From assembly GCA_945861275.1 (NCBI GenBank), contig CAMATZ010000002.1, forward strand, positions 10,300 to 74,299: DNA of 64,000 nucleotides, read 5' to 3'. The DNA is from Bordetella parapertussis. GTDB taxonomy: Bacteria > Pseudomonadota > Gammaproteobacteria > Burkholderiales > SG8-41. This document shows positions 1-9,362 of this stretch, in pieces. The position numbers and the translations under genes were made by a program. The notes under the pieces were generated by a model. It was not told the DNA's origin, ran no database searches, and worked only from the letters and a program-made list of their open reading frames with translations. How positions within the stretch are numbered: position 1 is the first letter of the stretch; each line of letters begins with the position of its first letter.

Positions 1-2
1 AC

Positions 3-101
3 GTGCATGACGGTTTCTGGCAATGCATGGATACGCTGCGTGACAAGCAGCATCTGGAAGACTTGTGGGCAGCGGGTCACGCCCCGTGGAAAGTCTGGTG
101 A
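3..101 (+). CDS. rfbF: glucose-1-phosphate cytidylyltransferase, C-terminal fragment (5' end lies outside the window)
   Basis: Frame-3 translation [32 protein letters not shown] ends at TGA 99-101. The FWQxMDTLRDK...APWKVW tail matches the conserved RfbF/DdhA C-terminus. The stop overlaps the next gene's GTG (GTGA). Confidence 0.7.
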   Translation: MHDGFWQCMDTLRDKQHLEDLWAAGHAPWKVW

Positions 102-1162
102 TCGATCCCGCGTTCTGGCGCGACAAGCGCGTATGGATAACGGGTCACACGGGGTTCAAGGGCGCGTGGCTGTGCCTGTGGCTGCAAATGCTCGGCGCGC
201 GCGTGTCGGGCTACGCACTGGCGCCGCCGACTTCCCCCAGTTTGTTTGACCTGGCGCGCATTGCGCAGGGCATGACATCAATTACCGGCGACATTCGCGA
301 TCCCGCGTGCCTGCGCCGCGCGCTCAACGATGCGCAGCCGCAGATCGTTTTTCACCTGGCGGCACAATCGCTGGTGCGACGCTCGTATCACGATCCGGTG
401 GAAACATTCGCAACCAATGTCGCCGGCACCGTCAACGTGCTTGAGGCCATTCGCCATGCACCGGGCGTCAAGGCAGTGGTGGTGGTGACCAGCGACAAGT
501 GTTACCAGAACCGCGGAGCGGCCATTGCCTACCGCGAAGACGACGCCCTGGGCGGCTACGATCCTTATTCCAGCAGCAAGGCTTGCGCGGAAATTGTGGC
601 ATCGAGCTACCGTCAATCGTACTGGCAGGAACCATCGTCACCGGCCCTGGCCAGCGTGCGCGCGGGCAACGTCATCGGCGGCGGTGATTGGGCCGCAGAC
701 CGTTTGGTGCCCGATGCCATCGCCGCCTTCGCACAAGGCAAGCCGGTGCGCATCAGAAATCCCGCCGCGCTAAGGCCATGGCAGCACGTGCTGGAGCCGC
801 TAACCGGTTACCTGATGCTTGCGGAACGCTTATGGGACGGGCCCGCTGAGTTGCGCGGTGCGTGGAACTTTGGCGCCGAGCAGGAGGATGCGAAGCCGGT
901 GTCCTGGGTGGTTGAGCATCTGGCGCGCGCCTGGGGTGATGGCGCAGGCTGGGAGCCCGACAGCGGCAAGCATCAACATGAGGCGGGGCAGTTGCTGCTC
1001 GATTGTAGCAAGGCGAAACACCGTTTAGGCTGGCGGCCTCGTCTCGCGCTGGAAGAGGCGCTGGCATGGGTTGTCGAGTGGCACCGTGCCGGTATTGCCG
1101 GCGCCGACGCGCGTGACAACAGCGTGGCGCAAATCTCGCGGTATCAGGCGCTCACAGGATGA
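98..1162 (+). CDS. rfbG: CDP-glucose 4,6-dehydratase
   Basis: ORF 65..1162. The N-terminus [24 protein letters not shown] is an extended-SDR Rossmann motif. [12 protein letters not shown] supplies YxxxK. Overall similarity to RfbG/DdhB. Start placed at GTG 98, which overlaps the rfbF stop; 65 or 86 are also possible. Confidence 0.88.
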   Translation: MIDPAFWRDKRVWITGHTGFKGAWLCLWLQMLGARVSGYALAPPTSPSLFDLARIAQGMTSITGDIRDPACLRRALNDAQPQIVFHLAAQSLVRRSYHDPVETFATNVAGTVNVLEAIRHAPGVKAVVVVTSDKCYQNRGAAIAYREDDALGGYDPYSSSKACAEIVASSYRQSYWQEPSSPALASVRAGNVIGGGDWAADRLVPDAIAAFAQGKPVRIRNPAALRPWQHVLEPLTGYLMLAERLWDGPAELRGAWNFGAEQEDAKPVSWVVEHLARAWGDGAGWEPDSGKHQHEAGQLLLDCSKAKHRLGWRPRLALEEALAWVVEWHRAGIAGADARDNSVAQISRYQALTG

Positions 1163-2397
1163 TCCCGACGCGCTCCTGCCGGTTTTGCGCCGCGCCGCTC
1201 GAACATTCGTTCTGCGACTTGGGCATTTCACCACTGTCGAACGCCTACCTGTCGGCGCAGGAATTGCAGCTTCCTGAAAAATTTTATCCACTGCATGCCT
1301 ATGTGTGCGCCCATTGTTTTCTGGTGCAGTTGGAGTCCTTTGAAACCCCCGAACAGATTTTTGGCGATTACGCCTATTTTTCTTCCTATTCGCAATCCTG
1401 GCTCGACCACGCGCGCGCGTATTGCGATGTGATGAGCGCCCGCCTTGGCCTCACCGCCAGACATCAGGTGGTGGAGATCGCGAGTAATGACGGCTATTTG
1501 CTGAAAAATTTCAGCGCAATGGGCATACCGGTGCTGGGGATAGAGCCCGCCGCCAATGTGGCGCGTGTCGCGGAGAGTGCCGGCATTCCCACGCGGGTAA
1601 ATTTTTTCGGCACGCAGTTCGCGCGCGAGCTAAAGTCCGAAGGCGTGCAGGCCGATCTGCTGCTCGGCAACAACGTGCTGGCGCATGTGCCTGACCTCAA
1701 CGATTTTGTCGCCGGCATGAAAATTCTGCTCAAACCTGGCGGGCTGATTACCCTGGAGTTTCCGCACCTGCTGCGAATGATGGCGGAGAATCAGTTCGAT
1801 ACCATTTATCACGAACATTTTTCGTATTTCTCCCTGATCACGGTAGAGCGCGTATTCGCGCAGCATGGATTGACCATCGTTGATGTGGACAATCTGCCCA
1901 CGCATGGCGGTTCAATCCGCATACACGCCATGCATGCCGGCGCGTCGGCGCGGCCGGTATCGTTGGCCGTGGAACAACTCAAGGCCATGGAGTTGCAGGC
2001 GGGGCTGCAAACTCTGGAAGCCTATGCGGCTTTTGCAGCGCAAGTCAGGCTGACCAAACGCCGGCTGCTGGCATTCCTGATTGACGTGAAAGATGCCGGC
2101 AAGTCGCTCGTCGGCTATGGTGCGCCGGCCAAGGGCAATACCTTGCTGAATTACTGCGGCATACGCCGCGATTTCATCGACTACACGGTCGATCTCAGCC
2201 CGCACAAACAGGGCAAGTTCCTGCCCGGTACGCACATACCCATATACGCGCCGGAAAAAATCCGCGACACACGGCCGGACTATGTGCTGGTGCTGCCGTG
2301 GAATATCAAGGACGAAATCATGGCGCAGATGAGCTACATTCGCGATTGGGGCGGCCAATTCATCCTGCCTATTCCCGAGGTTCGAGTAGTACCGTGA
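1159..2397 (+). CDS. NDP-hexose C-methyltransferase family protein (TylCIII-like: Zn-ribbon, SAM fold and C-terminal C-MT domain)
   Basis: 412 aa. N-terminal four-Cys ribbon CRFC...CAHC, SAM-binding VVEIASNDGYLL, and a C-terminal LVGYGAPAKGNTLLNY module. ATGA overlap with rfbG. Confidence 0.75.
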   Translation: MIPTRSCRFCAAPLEHSFCDLGISPLSNAYLSAQELQLPEKFYPLHAYVCAHCFLVQLESFETPEQIFGDYAYFSSYSQSWLDHARAYCDVMSARLGLTARHQVVEIASNDGYLLKNFSAMGIPVLGIEPAANVARVAESAGIPTRVNFFGTQFARELKSEGVQADLLLGNNVLAHVPDLNDFVAGMKILLKPGGLITLEFPHLLRMMAENQFDTIYHEHFSYFSLITVERVFAQHGLTIVDVDNLPTHGGSIRIHAMHAGASARPVSLAVEQLKAMELQAGLQTLEAYAAFAAQVRLTKRRLLAFLIDVKDAGKSLVGYGAPAKGNTLLNYCGIRRDFIDYTVDLSPHKQGKFLPGTHIPIYAPEKIRDTRPDYVLVLPWNIKDEIMAQMSYIRDWGGQFILPIPEVRVVP

Positions 2398-2924
2398 AAT
2401 TCATACCCACACGACTCGCGGGCGTTTTCATTATTGAACTGGAGCGGCTGGACGACGAACGCGGATTTTTTGCGCGTTCGTTTTGCCGCGATGATTTCGC
2501 GCAGCACGGACTCGCCACCGAGTTCGTGCAATGCAATGTTTCGTTTAACCGCAGCCGCGGAACCCTGCGCGGCTTGCACTATCAAGCAAGCCCGCACGCC
2601 GAGCCCAAGCTGGTGCGCTGCACGCGCGGAGCCATATACGATGTTGTCGTAGATATTCGCGTAAAATCAAATACTTACAAAGAATGGCTGACAGTGGAAC
2701 TGAGCGCCGATAATTACCGCATGATCTACATACCCGACGGATGCGCCCACGGCTTTCAGACGCTTACGGACAGCGCCGAGGTGTTCTATCAAATGTCTGC
2801 CGCCTATCAACCCGACGCGGCGCGCGGGATACGCTACAACGATTCCGCTATAGGCATCCAATGGCCGCTGGCGAATCCGACGCTGTCTGCGCGCGATGCG
2901 GCTTACCCCGATTTTGAGCAGTAG
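2394..2924 (+). CDS. NDP-4-keto-6-deoxyhexose 3,5-epimerase (RmlC-type cupin)
   Basis: From GTG 2394 (GTGA overlap with the upstream stop): VKFIPTRLAGVFIIELERLDDERGFFARSF, LRGLHYQ, KLVRCTRGAIYDVVVDIR and HGFQTL are RmlC/RfbC hallmarks. The listed ORF start at 2298 is an upstream extension. Confidence 0.85.
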   Translation: MKFIPTRLAGVFIIELERLDDERGFFARSFCRDDFAQHGLATEFVQCNVSFNRSRGTLRGLHYQASPHAEPKLVRCTRGAIYDVVVDIRVKSNTYKEWLTVELSADNYRMIYIPDGCAHGFQTLTDSAEVFYQMSAAYQPDAARGIRYNDSAIGIQWPLANPTLSARDAAYPDFEQ

Positions 2925-2958
2925 CGCTCGCGCGCACGCGTCATTATCCACTTCGAAC

Positions 2959-4017
2959 ATGCTGCAGCCGCCGACCATAGCCGTTGTGATTCCGAACTAT
3001 AACGACTCGCGCTACATCCCCAAGTGTTTACGCTCGGTGCTCGAACAACCGTCGCCGCCGGATCAGGTCATCGTGATTGATGACGCATCAACCGACAACA
3101 GCGTGGCAATTATCCGCGCCGTGATAGAGCCCCACCGCTGCGCACGGCTTATTGTTAACGCCGCCAACCTGGGGGTGAATGGCGCGGTGGCGGCAGGACT
3201 ACAGCAGGTCACGGCGGACTACGTGCTGTTTCTTTCGGCAAACGATTTTGTGCTGCCGGGGATCTTCGCCAAGGCACGTGAAGGGTTTTCACGATCACCC
3301 GAAGTGGGGCTTTGGTCGGCGATGGCCTGGCTGGTGAACGAAGATGACGCGGTGATTCGCTTGCATATGTCACCGGTGGTGGCGCTTGCGGATACGGTAT
3401 TTTCCGCGGATGAGTGCGCTAAGCTCGCGTATCGCGTGGGCAACTGGTTCACGGGATCGACGCTTATCTATCGGCGGGACGCCTTTAACAGCATAGGCGG
3501 TTTTGATCACGCCTATGGCGCGCTAACCGACCTGATTACCGCGTGGGCAGTAGCGAGCCGCTATGGCGCCGCCTATTCGCCCGAACCGCTCGCGGCATTC
3601 AGGATTCATGCGGATAGCTACTGCGTATCGACTCTCAAAGGCGATTCGCGAATGGACGAGGTGCGAATCAGGCTCGCTCAGCGTGGCCCGGCGTTGTCTC
3701 CACGCCTGTTTAATTCAGCCTTTATCGACCGCGTGATATTGCGGTTTCGCTTCGCCGCGCTTAGATACACCGGCGGACAACTGCTGGAGGAAATCGCGGA
3801 TCACGCGACAGGGTGGAAACGTGCATGGTTACGGGGAATTCACGGCATACTGCCCCGCGGCATGCAAACGCTGCGGGTTGCAATCGGGTTTCTTATTTTG
3901 CTGCCCTTTGATGTGGTGCCAACCATAGTACATCGGTGCTTCGGATGGGTGATTGTGCGTATGCGGCACCGGAAACACCCGCTGACGACCGTGGGCAGCG
4001 CGGGTTTGCCGCAGTAA
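2959..4017 (+). CDS. glycosyltransferase family 2
   Basis: From ATG 2959: IAVVIPNYNDSRYIPKCLRSVLEQ...VIVIDDASTDNS is a GT-A/GT2 N-terminus. There is a C-terminal hydrophobic segment. Confidence 0.8.
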   Translation: MLQPPTIAVVIPNYNDSRYIPKCLRSVLEQPSPPDQVIVIDDASTDNSVAIIRAVIEPHRCARLIVNAANLGVNGAVAAGLQQVTADYVLFLSANDFVLPGIFAKAREGFSRSPEVGLWSAMAWLVNEDDAVIRLHMSPVVALADTVFSADECAKLAYRVGNWFTGSTLIYRRDAFNSIGGFDHAYGALTDLITAWAVASRYGAAYSPEPLAAFRIHADSYCVSTLKGDSRMDEVRIRLAQRGPALSPRLFNSAFIDRVILRFRFAALRYTGGQLLEEIADHATGWKRAWLRGIHGILPRGMQTLRVAIGFLILLPFDVVPTIVHRCFGWVIVRMRHRKHPLTTVGSAGLPQ

Positions 4018-4070
4018 ATATGGGTTTGCGACGTGATGCTTAAACTAACCGCTTTCCATCGGGGCTGCTT

Positions 4071-5189
4071 TTGAGTGCCTGCCCGATATGTAACAGCACG
4101 AAATGTCAAACATTTCTGCGTCGCAATCAGGTTCCCGTTCATCAAAACCTGCTTATTCGCAGCCAGCATGCCGCGCGCGCTATCCCGAAAGGCGACCTTG
4201 ATTTTGCCATTTGCGAATCGTGCGGCTTTGTATTTAATCAGGCCTTTGCCGCGACGTTGCTGTCGTATAACGAGAATTATGAAAATACCCAGTCCTACTC
4301 AGAATATTTTGAGGGATACCTGGATGAATTGGTGTCAGACCTTATCCATAAACATGGTGTAAAAGATTCAACGGTTGTCGAAGTCGGATGTGGCAAGGGC
4401 GTTTTCCTGCGCAAGCTTGTCGCGCATCCCGACGGAAATAATTGCGGGATAGGTTTTGATCCAAGCTATGCCGGAAAAGCGTCGGATCTTGACGGCCGTT
4501 TGCACTTCCACAAGCGCTTTTATGACGAATCGTGTGTCGATGTTCCCGCGGATTTTATCGTTTGCCGTCACGTTATAGAGCATGTCCCAAATCCGCTGGC
4601 CTTGCTGCGCACTGTCCGTAGCGCGCTTATTTCAGCGCCACGCGCACGCATTTTCTTTGAAACACCCTGTGTGGAATGGATATTGAAAAACCAGGTACTG
4701 TGGGATTTTTTTTATGAGCATTGTTCACTTTTCACAGCCAACTCGCTGGCACTTGCATTTGCGGCGGCTGGATTCCATGTAGAGCGTGCCGGACATGTCT
4801 TTGAAGGACAGTACCTGTGGCTCGAAGGCCGCATTGCAGCGAACGGCCCGGAGACACCACCGCCGTCAAACCCAACTGCCCTTATTTCGATGGCGCGGCG
4901 ATATGGCGACGAAGTCGCTGAGGTGGTTGGAAATTGGGCCTCCCGGATAAATGCGCTGCGCGCTCACGGGAAGGTTGCCTTGTGGGGTGCTGGTGCGAAG
5001 GGCGTGACTTTGGCGAATTTGGTTGATCCCGCCTGCCAACTCATCGAGTGCCTTGTGGATATTAACCCGCAGAAGCAGAATTGCTATGTGCCTGGAACCG
5101 GACACCCGATTGTTGCTCCGACAGACCTTATGGATAGGGATGTTCGCAGCGTGATCTTGATGAATCCCAACTATCACGAAGAAATCTAG
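4071..5189 (+). CDS. class I SAM-dependent methyltransferase with N-terminal Zn-ribbon and C-methyltransferase-type C-terminal domain
   Basis: 372 aa with a TTG start. CPICNS...CESCG ribbon, VVEVGCGKGVFL SAM motif I, C-terminal VALWGAGAKGVTLANL. Same architecture as ORFs 1159 and 14886. Sits in a lower-GC segment. Confidence 0.75.
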   Translation: MSACPICNSTKCQTFLRRNQVPVHQNLLIRSQHAARAIPKGDLDFAICESCGFVFNQAFAATLLSYNENYENTQSYSEYFEGYLDELVSDLIHKHGVKDSTVVEVGCGKGVFLRKLVAHPDGNNCGIGFDPSYAGKASDLDGRLHFHKRFYDESCVDVPADFIVCRHVIEHVPNPLALLRTVRSALISAPRARIFFETPCVEWILKNQVLWDFFYEHCSLFTANSLALAFAAAGFHVERAGHVFEGQYLWLEGRIAANGPETPPPSNPTALISMARRYGDEVAEVVGNWASRINALRAHGKVALWGAGAKGVTLANLVDPACQLIECLVDINPQKQNCYVPGTGHPIVAPTDLMDRDVRSVILMNPNYHEEI

Positions 5190-5236
5190 CGGATGGTGAA
5201 GGATGCCGGGATAATGGTTGACCTGATTGTCTGGAG

Positions 5237-6010
5237 TTGATGATGAAGCTAGTTATGGATACCGAGGCTCGTACGCTAACGATTGAAGAGGCTGAGCAAT
5301 CTACGGTCCTGAATCTTTATTCAAAAGATGCGTTTGAGGCGGTTTCGAGGCAGTGGGTGCGGCTGGGATGGAATCAAAAATATCAGTATACGTTCTCATG
5401 GATGGGACGACCGATCATTCAGTTGCCGGAAGACATCGTCCGCATGCAAGAGGTTATTTACCAGTTGAAGCCGGACGTGATTATCGAAACCGGCGTGGCG
5501 CACGGCGGATCGCTGATCTTCTATGCCAGCATTTTTGCTGCGATGGGAAAGGGGCGCGTGATCGGCGTTGATATTGATATTAGAGCGCACAATCGCAAAG
5601 CAATTGAGAGTCATAATTTATCAAATCGTATTGAGTTGATAGAAGGAAGTTCTACGGCGCAAGACGTTGTTTCAAAGGTGAAAAGCCTCGTCCGCCCCAA
5701 TGAAACCGTTATGGTTGTTCTGGATTCCAATCACACCCGGCAACACGTGCTCGACGAACTGGACGCCTACGCGGAATTGGTGACACCCGGTTCGTATATT
5801 GTTGCAACGGACGGGATAATGTTCGATCTTTCGGATGTGCCGCGCGGGAAACGCGAGTGGGCAACAGACCATCCCGCTGCTGCTGCGCGAGAATTTGCCG
5901 CGAAACACCCGGAATTCTTCCTGGGACAGCCTGCGTGGCCGTTTTGCGAAAGCGAATTGCAAAACAATATTACGCATTGGCCGGATGCCTGGTTGCAAAG
6001 ACGGGTGTGA
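5237..6010 (+). CDS. cephalosporin hydroxylase (CmcI) family methyltransferase
   Basis: 257 aa. WMGRPIIQLPEDIVRMQEVIYQLKPDVIIETGVAHGGSLIFYA is the CmcI / rhamnosyl O-methyltransferase signature region. Confidence 0.8.
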   Translation: MMMKLVMDTEARTLTIEEAEQSTVLNLYSKDAFEAVSRQWVRLGWNQKYQYTFSWMGRPIIQLPEDIVRMQEVIYQLKPDVIIETGVAHGGSLIFYASIFAAMGKGRVIGVDIDIRAHNRKAIESHNLSNRIELIEGSSTAQDVVSKVKSLVRPNETVMVVLDSNHTRQHVLDELDAYAELVTPGSYIVATDGIMFDLSDVPRGKREWATDHPAAAAREFAAKHPEFFLGQPAWPFCESELQNNITHWPDAWLQRRV

Positions 6011-6011
6011 A

Positions 6012-6848
6012 ATGGCAAAGAAATTGACATTTAGAACGCTTCTTAAACGCACCGCGATGCTGGTGCCGCCCGTGCGCCGGCTCATAACGCAGCGAGACTA
6101 TCTCCTGCAACGACTTGCGGAGGTCAATGCTCAGCCGACACAGCCGGTGTACAACGCCGACTTTCTTGCCGTCTGGAACAAGAGTACCGATTTTCTGGAC
6201 GATCCGCGATTCGTCAGCGCTTATCAGGCCGGGGTTCGTTCGGGACACAAGATTGGCCCGAACCAGGGGGCCGACCCGGATTTGCATATTGAGTGGCGCG
6301 TCTTCGTGGGCTGTTGGGCCGGCTGGCACTCAGCCCATCTGGATGGAGATTTCGTCGAGTGCGGGGTCAATACGGGCGTAATGTCACTTGCTGTTTGCAA
6401 CTACATTGATTTCAACGCCACGGGTAAAAATTTCTACCTTTTCGACACTTTCCGCGGTATCCCGGACGACCAGATTTCGCCGGAAGAACGCGCCTTAAAT
6501 CGCGCAAGCGAGAACAGCATGTATGAAGAATGCTTCGATCTCGCGAAACGCAATTTCGCGCCGTTTCCCCGCGCGCATCTGGTGCGAGGCAAGGTCCCGG
6601 ATACACTCGATTCAGTCGCCATAGCCAGGGTCTGCTACCTTCATCTGGATATGAATATCGCCAAACCCGAGTACGAGGCCATTACCTATTTCTGGGACAA
6701 ACTCGTTCCCGGGGCGATCGTGTTGCTTGACGACTATGGTTGGGCCGGATACATCAACCAGAAAAAAGCGCTTGATGCCTTCGCCAAAAGCAAGGGGGTG
6801 AAAATTCTGACAATCCCCACCGGTCAGGGGCTACTGCTCAAGCCCTAG
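6012..6848 (+). CDS. TylF/MycF (macrocin O-methyltransferase) family methyltransferase
   Basis: From ATG 6012 (1 nt after the upstream stop): GDFVECGVNTG...LHLDMNIAKPEYEAI...IVLLDDYGWAGY is typical of the TylF family. The ORF-track start 5835 overlaps the previous gene. Confidence 0.78.
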   Translation: MAKKLTFRTLLKRTAMLVPPVRRLITQRDYLLQRLAEVNAQPTQPVYNADFLAVWNKSTDFLDDPRFVSAYQAGVRSGHKIGPNQGADPDLHIEWRVFVGCWAGWHSAHLDGDFVECGVNTGVMSLAVCNYIDFNATGKNFYLFDTFRGIPDDQISPEERALNRASENSMYEECFDLAKRNFAPFPRAHLVRGKVPDTLDSVAIARVCYLHLDMNIAKPEYEAITYFWDKLVPGAIVLLDDYGWAGYINQKKALDAFAKSKGVKILTIPTGQGLLLKP

Positions 6849-6868
6849 TGAAGCCTATGCAAAGCGGC

Positions 6869-7807
6869 TCAGCCATGCGTCATTGTTTCGCGGTAGTAAG
6901 CGGCCAGTTCATCCCACGCATTCTGTTCATTCCAGTTTAATACAGTGGCATCCAATGGATCGGTGTTGATGCGCACTTTAGGTTCTATAAACGTGTCGTG
7001 GTCATGGAGTTTATAGGCGCAGGAGATGCCCAGTCGCGTTCCCAATTCTTTGGAAAAGCGCTTTGCGAAATCGCCTAAAGGCTCCACATATTGACTGGGA
7101 TTAAGTTTTGAAAAGCCCTGACTCGGCTGAAGGGCAACTGCGAAATGGCGATAAGCCTTTGCCAGCAAAGTGACGTGGATATTATCGCGGATGTACTCGG
7201 GGAACATCACTGGGGCTACTTTCCGCTCTATCCAGGAACGCGCAAGAAAAGAGGTAAAGCGATCTTCCTCGTATGGACCAAAGGGGTTGGGGATAACGAA
7301 TTTCCCCAGAGACAGGTCTCGTTTTGCACATTCGAACTTAAATACCTCTGCCGTGAGTCCTTTAGAAAGGCCGTACGCAGACACCGCTCTGAGCTCATCG
7401 CTGCCGCGGCCTTCCCCCGCTTCAAAAACACTGCCCGTAAGAAGGACGCGATCGCACCCATGTTGAATAAAAGCATCGAGAACAGCAGGTAAGTGCAGGG
7501 TATTGTTGGCCAGTGCCTTCTGGTAATCAAAATCTGGACTTTTGTAATCGGTGACATCGGCCGCGTGATGGCAGAAGAGATCCCACCTGGCGCTTTTAAC
7601 AAGCGTGAGGAATGGTTCTGATCCAAATGGGCAGGAGGAGACAAGGCGCGCGTGCGCGGCGATCTGTTGCAGACGATTCTTTCGCACCCCCTCGTACTTT
7701 TCAAGCGGTCTTAGTAGAGGCGCCGTAACCGCGTGCCCGGCTGCGCTGAGTTCTTTCACAAACCACATGCCGGTAAAAGAACTGGCGCCGGTAAAAAGGA
7801 TTTTCAT
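6869..7807 (-). CDS. NAD-dependent epimerase/dehydratase (extended SDR)
   Basis: 312 aa. MKILFTGASSFTGMW Rossmann motif and SAYGLSK (YxxxK). Confidence 0.75.
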   Translation of the reverse strand: MKILFTGASSFTGMWFVKELSAAGHAVTAPLLRPLEKYEGVRKNRLQQIAAHARLVSSCPFGSEPFLTLVKSARWDLFCHHAADVTDYKSPDFDYQKALANNTLHLPAVLDAFIQHGCDRVLLTGSVFEAGEGRGSDELRAVSAYGLSKGLTAEVFKFECAKRDLSLGKFVIPNPFGPYEEDRFTSFLARSWIERKVAPVMFPEYIRDNIHVTLLAKAYRHFAVALQPSQGFSKLNPSQYVEPLGDFAKRFSKELGTRLGISCAYKLHDHDTFIEPKVRINTDPLDATVLNWNEQNAWDELAAYYRETMTHG

Positions 7808-7813
7808 TATTGC

Positions 7814-9301
7814 TCAAGCCATAGCGGCGGCTCGCCGCGCGATCCAGGTGCGAATTTCGGGCACTACAAGGAGGGCGGCTAGCGCGGTTAGCAAGGACAC
7901 GGCCACCAGGCCAATGAGCGTTCCCAGATACGATACCGGCGCCGGAATCGCAAGCTTCCAGGCGCCCGCCACCAGTAGCGTCACGGCGAGCACGGGGGCT
8001 ATATCCGACACTAGCCATTGGCCAAGATGCCCGCGCAGCAACTTCAGATGCATGAGCCACAGTGTAACAGCGCCATAGCAAAGGTTAAACGCCAGCCACA
8101 CGTACGCAGCACCTAAGCCGCCATAGCGGGCGGAGACAAACCACATCAATGGCGCGAGCACAATGACGGCTCCAATGGCTGAGAACAACGCGAGCCGGGT
8201 CCAGCCATATGCAAGTTGAACAGAAATCGGCATATTCATCAGACCGTTGATCGCCGTCCCCGCCGCGAGCACCGCCAGAATCAGGCCGGTGTTGTTAGCG
8301 ATTAATACGTTCATCGTCCAAAGCTCCAGTAATTCCCGGGCAAACAGCGTGAGAATTACCGCGACCGGCAAAATACTTACCGCCATTAGCCGGGTGCCGC
8401 GATGATAGGTGTGTGCCACCTCTTGGTGATCACCCATCGCGGCAAGCTGTGTCAAGCGTGGGAAAAATGCCGACTGTATGGGAGCAACGAGCACGTACAA
8501 TCCACTCACCACACGCCACGCAAGGCTGTAATAGCCAAAAGCTTCCAGGGTCAGCAGTTTGCTGAGGATTACTTTGTCGAGTTGACCGAGTATCACTGCC
8601 ATTATGGAAATGCCTGTCATACCGGCTGCAAATCGCCAGACGGCATGAAGTTGAGACTTGCTGAATGCAGGCTTTCGCAGCGGTATGGGAAGGCGGCCTA
8701 ACAAGACAGCGCGAGTGGCGATGGTTTCCACGAGACTGACCCCAATGGTCCATGCAATAAGCGCTTCTACCGTCGGCGAAATCAACCATAAGATCAGAAC
8801 ACCGCCTACCGCAAGCACGGTCGAACTTACCGTAGCAACCACGGATAGAAGCACCTGCTGCTGAATACCCTGCAACCCGCCGGTGTACAGCGCACGCGGC
8901 CATTGCACCGCAATGGCGATGCCCATCATCGCGAGCGATTGCGACACGCGCTCCGTCGTCAGTGTGTTTGCGCGGACCCAATGCTCGGCGATAAGCGGAG
9001 CGACTATTACCGTTACCACGCCAATCACGATACCAACGAGCCAATAGATGCTTTCAAGGGTGCGCAGCAAATCATGCGCATCCTGTTCCTTTCCAGGCTG
9101 TACGGAGTATTGCGCCAACTGCCGGTTCAGCGCATTGCCGAGACCCAGATCCAGAATTGCGAAAATGGCCGTCAGTGTCAGGAAAATGCCGAGCAGCCCG
9201 TACTGTTCCATCCCGAGCAGACGGATGTAAAGCGGAACAGCTGCGAGCGATATCAATAGCGCCCATACTTTACCGCCCAGATTCGCTCCGACATTTTTCA
9301 A
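7814..9301 (-). CDS. wzx: polysaccharide/O-antigen flippase (Wzx-like, MOP superfamily)
   Basis: 495 aa, highly hydrophobic with about 12-14 predicted TM segments. The N-terminus GGKVWALLISLAAVPLYIRLLGMEQYGLLGIF is typical of Wzx/RfbX proteins. Confidence 0.75.
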   Translation of the reverse strand: MKNVGANLGGKVWALLISLAAVPLYIRLLGMEQYGLLGIFLTLTAIFAILDLGLGNALNRQLAQYSVQPGKEQDAHDLLRTLESIYWLVGIVIGVVTVIVAPLIAEHWVRANTLTTERVSQSLAMMGIAIAVQWPRALYTGGLQGIQQQVLLSVVATVSSTVLAVGGVLILWLISPTVEALIAWTIGVSLVETIATRAVLLGRLPIPLRKPAFSKSQLHAVWRFAAGMTGISIMAVILGQLDKVILSKLLTLEAFGYYSLAWRVVSGLYVLVAPIQSAFFPRLTQLAAMGDHQEVAHTYHRGTRLMAVSILPVAVILTLFARELLELWTMNVLIANNTGLILAVLAAGTAINGLMNMPISVQLAYGWTRLALFSAIGAVIVLAPLMWFVSARYGGLGAAYVWLAFNLCYGAVTLWLMHLKLLRGHLGQWLVSDIAPVLAVTLLVAGAWKLAIPAPVSYLGTLIGLVAVSLLTALAALLVVPEIRTWIARRAAAMA

Positions 9302-9362
9302 TACTTGAGACGCGATGGCGGGAACCTCGAAAAACCTTTATGATACAAGAGAATAAGAGTAA

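Noticed and set aside
7-249. 80-aa ORF at the window start, and the 65-97 extension of rfbG
   Set aside because: Frame 3 gives the recognisable RfbF C-terminus and GTG 98 gives the canonical RfbG N-terminus. The 80-aa ORF overlaps both with no motif.
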